From assembly GCA_964403785.1 (NCBI GenBank), contig CAYOHM010000001.1, forward strand, positions 1 to 60,485: DNA of 60,485 nucleotides, given 5' to 3'. Below are positions 55,567-60,485 of the stretch, in pieces; position 1 is the stretch's first letter, and each line of letters begins with the position of its first letter. Made by a program: the position numbers and the translations under genes. Under the pieces are notes generated by a model. That model did not search any database. It was not told the origin of the DNA and saw only the letters and a list, made by a program, of their open reading frames with translations. The DNA comes from an uncultured Alistipes sp. (GTDB taxonomy: Bacteria > Bacillota > Clostridia > Lachnospirales > Lachnospiraceae).

Positions 55567-56712
55567 TTACATAAGACTCTTATAAAGCTCTGCGATTTCT
55601 TCTACTGAGGTATCCCTCGGATTTCCCGGACGGCATGCATCATCAAATGCAGACTGTGAAAGGAACGGTATATCTTCAGGCTTAACAATTTCCTTAAGGT
55701 CGGCAGGGATTCCGACATCCTTAGAAAGCTTCTTAACTGCATCAATAGCAGCCTTGCGATACTCCTCCTGAGTCATCTTATCCGTACCTTCAACGCCCAT
55801 AGCCTTCGCAATGTCGCGATACTTCTCGCCTGTTGCAGGTGCGTTGTATTCCATAACCGTTGGAAGAATGATTGCATTTGCAACGCCGTGAGGTGTGTCA
55901 TATAAAGCTCCGAGAGGATGTGCCATAGAATGAACAATTCCAAGACCTACATTGGAGAAGCCCATACCTGCTATGTACTGGCCAAGTGCCATGCCCTCTC
56001 TTCCTTCCGGCGTGTTATCAACCGCACCTCTCAGGCTCTTTGAAATAATCTCTATCGCTTTGATATGGAACATATCGGATAATTCCCATGCACCCTTTGT
56101 AATATATCCTTCAATAGCATGTGTGAGAGCATCCATACCGGTTGCTGCCGTAAGTCCCTTTGGCATTGTTGACATCATTTCAGGGTCAACAACTGCCACC
56201 ACAGGAATATCATGCACATCCACACAAACCATCTTACGGTTCTTCTCAACATCAGTGATTACATAATTAATGGTAACCTCTGCTGCCGTACCTGCTGTTG
56301 TAGGAACTGCAATGATAGGTACTGCCGGCTTAGTTGTAGGAGCAACTCCCTCAAGGCTTCTGACATCCGCAAACTCAGGATTGTTAATAATGATGCCGAT
56401 TGCCTTAGCTGTATCCATTGATGAACCACCGCCGATTGCAATCAGATAATCAGCTCCTGCTGCCTTGAATGCAGCCACACCACTCTGAACATTCTCGATG
56501 GTAGGATTAGGCTTGATATTTGAATATAATTCGTAGGCAAGCTCCGCGCCGTCCAGCACATCCAGCACCTTCTTTGTTACACCGAATTTAACAAGGTCTG
56601 GGTCTGAGCAAACTAATGCCTTCTTAAATCCTCTTGCCTTTGCTTCATCTGCGATGCTCTTAATAGCACCTGCTCCGTGGTATGATGTTTCATTGAGTAC
56701 AAAACGATTCAT
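55567..56712 (-). CDS. fucO: Iron-containing alcohol dehydrogenase, lactaldehyde reductase (FucO)-like
   Basis: NRFVLNETSYHGAGAI..., IAIGGGSSMDTAK, with metal His residues in AMTHAIEGY and VHSMAHPLG. AAAAGGAGAG lies 9 nt upstream of the ATG at 56712. Confidence 0.85.
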   Translation of the reverse strand: MNRFVLNETSYHGAGAIKSIADEAKARGFKKALVCSDPDLVKFGVTKKVLDVLDGAELAYELYSNIKPNPTIENVQSGVAAFKAAGADYLIAIGGGSSMDTAKAIGIIINNPEFADVRSLEGVAPTTKPAVPIIAVPTTAGTAAEVTINYVITDVEKNRKMVCVDVHDIPVVAVVDPEMMSTMPKGLTAATGMDALTHAIEGYITKGAWELSDMFHIKAIEIISKSLRGAVDNTPEGREGMALGQYIAGMGFSNVGLGIVHSMAHPLGALYDTPHGVANAIILPTVMEYNAPATGEKYRDIAKAMGVEGTDKMTQEEYRKAAIDAVKKLSKDVGIPADLKEIVKPEDIPFLSQSAFDDACRPGNPRDTSVEEIAELYKSLM

Positions 56713-56750
56713 ATTATACACTCTCCTTTTATATCGCAGGTTATCCCTGT

Positions 56751-57656
56751 TTATTTTATCCTCTCATATATCTCCTGAATCTCCTTCTGCGTAGCAAGTT
56801 CAGTGGAAAAAGCGCTTGCAGTCCCCGCTGCCACAGCCAGTTTCAGCGCCTTGTCATATCCCAGCTCTGCAAGCATTCCTGTCAAAAAGCCCGCCACCAT
56901 GGAATCACCTGCGCCAACCGTATTTACCGCGTTCCCCCTCGGAGCCATACAGGTATATATTTTCCCGTCCTCCGATGCGAGTACCGCCCCCACTTCACCT
57001 AGAGATATAATTGCATTTACAGCTCCCATATCACGAAGTCTTTTGGCATATACTTTAGCCTCTTCGATTGTGTGAACCCTTACGTCAAACAATGCATAAA
57101 GCTCATCCTGATTGGGCTTAACAAGATATGGATGCAGATTTATCAGATTATGAAGCATCCGTCCATCCGTATCTACAACAGTTTTAATCTTTTTCTTAGT
57201 CAGATATTTAATTATATCGGAATATATATTCTGCGGAATTGATGCCGGAATACTTCCCGAAAGCACCACTATATCGTCCTCTTCCACCTCTTCAAGGATA
57301 TTCCAGAGTTCATCTATATATTCCTTTTCTATCTTTGGACCCTGTGCATTGATTTCCGTTTCTTTTCTGTCCTTAATCTTAACATTAATTCTTGACTGCC
57401 CCTCAGGCAGCTCAATGAATCTGCTGTCGCATCCTTTCTCCTTAACCTTCCTCACGATTTCCTGTCCGGTAAATCCTGCCACGAAGCCAATCGCCGTATT
57501 ACTTACCCCCAGCGTGTTAAGTATAAAGGATACATTTATGCCCTTACCGCCTGCAAGTATAGTATCCGAAACTGCTCTGTTGGTAGCTCCTATATTAAGA
57601 TTTTCAACATTCACCACATAGTCAAGTGATGGATTAAATGTCACCGTATAAACCAA
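56751..57656 (-). CDS. fruK: PfkB-family sugar-phosphate kinase (1-phosphofructokinase or tagatose-6-phosphate kinase)
   Basis: VYTVTFNPSLDYVV, AGGKGINVS and NTVGAGDSMVAGF. Confidence 0.8.
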   Translation of the reverse strand: MVYTVTFNPSLDYVVNVENLNIGATNRAVSDTILAGGKGINVSFILNTLGVSNTAIGFVAGFTGQEIVRKVKEKGCDSRFIELPEGQSRINVKIKDRKETEINAQGPKIEKEYIDELWNILEEVEEDDIVVLSGSIPASIPQNIYSDIIKYLTKKKIKTVVDTDGRMLHNLINLHPYLVKPNQDELYALFDVRVHTIEEAKVYAKRLRDMGAVNAIISLGEVGAVLASEDGKIYTCMAPRGNAVNTVGAGDSMVAGFLTGMLAELGYDKALKLAVAAGTASAFSTELATQKEIQEIYERIK

Positions 57657-57713
57657 ATCAGACCACTCCCCGTTATGTAATTAAGGCAGACTTACGGGGG
57701 CTGCCTTATGCTC

Positions 57714-58316
57714 CTACCTCATTGCCTTCTTAATTGCATCAAGAAGCTCATCATATGTTTCATAAGCCGGAAGCTGCGGATTGTCGGCTTTAATCTTATC
57801 CGTACTCTTAAATAAAAAGCCTGCTTTACTTGCCTTAATCATTCCAAGGTCATTGTAGCTGTCACCGCTTGCTATCGTATCGTATCCGATGGACTGAAGT
57901 GCCTTAACGGTTGTAAGCTTTGACTGTTCGCATCTCATTTTAAAGCCTGTAATCTCACCATTATCGGCAACCTCAAGTGAATTGCAGAAAATTGTAGGCC
58001 AGCCTAATTTCTTCATAAGCGGAGTGGCGAACTGTGAAAAAGTGTCGCTGATGATAATCACCTGCGTTATTGAGCGAAGCTCGTCCAAAAACTCCTTAGC
58101 GCCCGGAATCGGGTCAATCTTGGCAATGGTGTCCTGAATTTCCTTAAGTCCAAGGCCATGCTCCTTTAAAATGCCGATACGCCACTTCATAAGCTTATCA
58201 TAATCGGGTTCATCCCTTGTAGTCTTCTTTAATTCAGGAATACCGCTTTCCTTTGCAAATGCAATCCAGATTTCCGGTACTAAAACGCCTTCCAAATCCA
58301 AACATGTAATATACAT
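57714..58316 (-). CDS. thrH: ThrH-type HAD phosphatase (phosphoserine phosphatase/homoserine phosphotransferase)
   Basis: ITCLDLEGVLVPEIWIAFA..., IIISDTF and ASGDSYNDLGM closely parallel Pseudomonas ThrH as I recall it. Confidence 0.8.
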   Translation of the reverse strand: MYITCLDLEGVLVPEIWIAFAKESGIPELKKTTRDEPDYDKLMKWRIGILKEHGLGLKEIQDTIAKIDPIPGAKEFLDELRSITQVIIISDTFSQFATPLMKKLGWPTIFCNSLEVADNGEITGFKMRCEQSKLTTVKALQSIGYDTIASGDSYNDLGMIKASKAGFLFKSTDKIKADNPQLPAYETYDELLDAIKKAMR

Positions 58317-58425
58317 TTTAATTCTCCTCTATTTATGTGTTTTATTAGGCGATTCCGAAGCTTTAGCAGCTTCAAAATCTACTCTTATTGTACCATAATC
58401 GAATTTTATTCTCAATAGACATTGT

Positions 58426-59205
58426 TCATAACAGTTTCCTGAGTTCACGGCTTCGTTTTATTTTGCGAAGCCATCCCATAAATCTGTTATAAAACCAAAA
58501 CGACTCCACTAAAATTATGTTAGCCCATCCGAGCTTATCCTTGGTAGTGCCGACATAACGTTTTCCTCCGACGGCTGTTGTTTTTTTAGTTTTAATATAT
58601 TTGATAAGGTCAGTTTCCTTTTTGATATCCGTTTTAAAATCGGTATAGCCCATTCCCACACATTCCGGTCTGTGTGCATCACTTCCTCCAAGAACCGGAC
58701 AATGATAAAACTGTGCGAGCATTTGTGCCCTTTCATTGCTTTCACTGTCCTCGCAGGCATTAAAGCCCTCCAGAAAATCGAATTTTGCAGCAACAGCCGT
58801 ATGCCTTCTGAATATTCCCGTGTTAAATACGCTCAAATGCTTTTCTCCGCACGGATGAGCAGGACCCAGTATCCCGCCATACTTATGAACAATATTTATA
58901 AGCATATAGACCGAAAGACCTCTGTACTCCAATATCCTGAGATGTATATTTTCCGGCATAATAACCAGCATATGACCCGCGTCAATCGTATCATATTCTA
59001 TTCCCTTAAGGACTACAAAATCCTTATGTTTTCTGCCCCTTACGGTATTTTGCCATGCACGGTAGCCGTTATAGGAATCGTGGTCTGTTACAAGCATCCC
59101 ATTAAAGCCCTTGCTTTTTAAGATGGATATATACTCTTCAATCGGAATTTTGCTGTCCACAGAGCCCTCTTTTGTGTGACAGTGCATATCAAATCGTACC
59201 TGCAT
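58426..59205 (-). CDS. PHP-domain metal-dependent phosphoesterase
   Basis: FDMHCHTKEGSVDS, LVTDHDSYNGY and GGSDAHRPE. Confidence 0.8.
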   Translation of the reverse strand: MQVRFDMHCHTKEGSVDSKIPIEEYISILKSKGFNGMLVTDHDSYNGYRAWQNTVRGRKHKDFVVLKGIEYDTIDAGHMLVIMPENIHLRILEYRGLSVYMLINIVHKYGGILGPAHPCGEKHLSVFNTGIFRRHTAVAAKFDFLEGFNACEDSESNERAQMLAQFYHCPVLGGSDAHRPECVGMGYTDFKTDIKKETDLIKYIKTKKTTAVGGKRYVGTTKDKLGWANIILVESFWFYNRFMGWLRKIKRSRELRKLL

Positions 59206-59243
59206 ATCTCTGCCCCCGCATTCTTATAAATTATTTTTCCTGT

Positions 59244-60485
59244 TTAGTACGATTCTATACTATCCGTATCAAACATTTCCTCCAGATAATTATCGTACCA
59301 GCTAAGGCACGCCCCGTGCCATTTTTCCCATTTATCCTGCAGCTCATCTCTCATTGCAGATAAATCAGCTTCGCCGGTTTCAGTATTTTCTATAATCCAA
59401 TTATACTCATTATAGCACTTTTCGTAATCCTCCTGCACCTTAAAAAGCGGTTCTGCCAAGAGCTGCAATTTCCAGTCTTTATATGCCTCATCATTTGTAA
59501 GCTGTCTGCTCTCATGCCTTTCAGACCTGGGTACTGCTTTAAGTCCCTCAATAAGAGCCTGGTCCTTTGCACTTATCATTCCCGGAATTATCCCGATTTT
59601 TTCCTGGCGGCTCCTATAAATATAGTGCTCATAGTTAAACGGATAATACTGTGCCTGTCCGTCCTGAAATAGTAATATTGCATCTGCGACCTGCGAAATA
59701 AAATATCTGTCATGCGATACGAACAGTATAGTACCCCTGTATTTTCTAAATGCCTCCTCCAGCACTTCCTTAGCCTGAATATCCATATGGTTTGTAGGCT
59801 CATCCAGCACCAGAAAATTAGGCTTCATATTTAATATCTCCGCCAACACCAGCCGTGCTTTTTCACCACCCGAAAGCTGCGTTACCTTTTTGGATGCATC
59901 CGCGCCGGTAAACAAATACATAGCAAGTATCCTTCTGGTTTCCTTTTCGGTCATTGCAGGAAACAATTCACGAAAATGCTCCAGCACGGTCTTATCCGAC
60001 ATTATTTCTGCCGTCTGCTGGTCAAAATAACCTATTTTTATCTGGTTTCCTATCGTAACAGTTCCCTTAAACGGTTCAATAACACCCGCAACGGTCTTTA
60101 AAAAGGTGCTTTTTCCTGTTCCGTTCTCGCCTATTACACCTATTTTCTGCCCACGGCGGATTCTTATTGACATTTCAAGAAGCTCCGAGTTATATCCGAT
60201 TTTTAATTTATCCGTTTCCAGCGGCCATTTGCTGCCCAGCTCCTGCGGAATTATATCATTTATACTGATTATATCGGACATTTCCTGTGGTTTGGCAAGT
60301 TTTTCCATTCTATCCAGTATCGTTTTTCTGGACCTTGCAAATGCGGCTTTACGCGGCTTGTTTTTAAATTGTTCAATCAGACCATCGAGTCTTTGAATTT
60401 CCTTAAGCTGCTGCTCATACTCCTTTTTCTGTATTGCAAGATTTTTCTGCTTCTGCATACGATATTGCGTGTAATTTCCGGAATA
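59244..60485 (-). CDS. ABC-F family ATPase, 5'-truncated by the window edge
   Basis: The reading frame is open to position 60485. Visible parts are the inter-domain linker, the second NBD (GENGTGKST, LSGGEKARLVLA, FLVLDEPTNHMD) and a C-terminal helical extension. Confidence 0.85.
   Translation of the reverse strand, partial: YSGNYTQYRMQKQKNLAIQKKEYEQQLKEIQRLDGLIEQFKNKPRKAAFARSRKTILDRMEKLAKPQEMSDIISINDIIPQELGSKWPLETDKLKIGYNSELLEMSIRIRRGQKIGVIGENGTGKSTFLKTVAGVIEPFKGTVTIGNQIKIGYFDQQTAEIMSDKTVLEHFRELFPAMTEKETRRILAMYLFTGADASKKVTQLSGGEKARLVLAEILNMKPNFLVLDEPTNHMDIQAKEVLEEAFRKYRGTILFVSHDRYFISQVADAILLFQDGQAQYYPFNYEHYIYRSRQEKIGIIPGMISAKDQALIEGLKAVPRSERHESRQLTNDEAYKDWKLQLLAEPLFKVQEDYEKCYNEYNWIIENTETGEADLSAMRDELQDKWEKWHGACLSWYDNYLEEMFDTDSIESY

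Noticed and set aside
58357-58373. Hairpin GAAGCT-TTAGC-AGCTTC downstream of the PHP gene
   Set aside because: The stem is 6 bp with no U-tract on the transcribed (minus) strand, so evidence for a terminator is insufficient.
1-60485. Search for mobile elements, defence islands, CRISPR arrays, and tRNA or rRNA genes
   Set aside because: I saw no transposase, integrase, recombinase, restriction, toxin-antitoxin or Cas-like proteins. There are no regularly spaced direct repeats and no tRNA-like cloverleaf candidates in the few long spacers. The MoxR/DUF58 genes were considered as a possible defence module. Their context (operonic with an importer) and their family point to a housekeeping chaperone-like system instead.

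Overview
This looks like a chromosomal segment from a low-GC, spore-forming Firmicute of the Clostridia. That placement is inferred only from gene content (spoVA, cotJ, pdaB-like, Csp-like protease) and protein style. I support about 55 tightly packed protein genes, roughly 80% of them on the minus strand. I recognised no rRNA, tRNA, CRISPR array, transposase, integrase or phage gene, so this is core-genome-like rather than an obvious island. Minus-strand gene runs, left to right: (1) Na/Pi-PhoU transporter, giant RND pump, NUDIX-wHTH. (2) PF04392-type ABC importer, MoxR, DUF58, DUF4129. (3) Transglutaminase-like lipoprotein, S8 protease, ClpX, HtrA. (4) Big2 protein, two unknown membrane proteins, cdaA, cdaR, pgcA-type mutase. 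(5) hup and an SCP2 protein. (6) An lplABC-like sugar ABC importer. (7) spoVAA-AB-AC, separated from spoVAD-AE by ilvE and a BI-1 gene. (8) GNAT, aroC, tgt, yajC. (9) fucO, fruK, thrH, a PHP protein and a partial ABC-F gene. Plus-strand genes are pdaB-like, cotJABC, PAP2, PBP1A, a 1015-aa fusion enzyme, putP, a DHH phosphoesterase and a eukaryote-type hisA. The most unusual items are listed here. (a) The 1015-aa protein at 46997-50044 joins a PPDK/PEP-synthase-type ATP-grasp domain, about 460 aa I cannot assign, a swivelling phosphohistidine domain and a C26 glutamine-amidotransferase-like domain. All catalytic residues appear intact. (b) The 1329-aa RND pump carries a roughly 270-aa xxxLxxG-heptad coiled-coil insertion where Gram-negative pumps dock their outer-membrane partner. 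(c) An exported lipoprotein fuses a VanX-type M15 dipeptidase (third Zn ligand His replaced by Asp) to an L,D-transpeptidase. (d) Two similarly built terminator hairpins have a 3' arm that is the Shine-Dalgarno sequence of spoVAD and of spoVAA. All family assignments come from reading motifs by eye. No database search was run.
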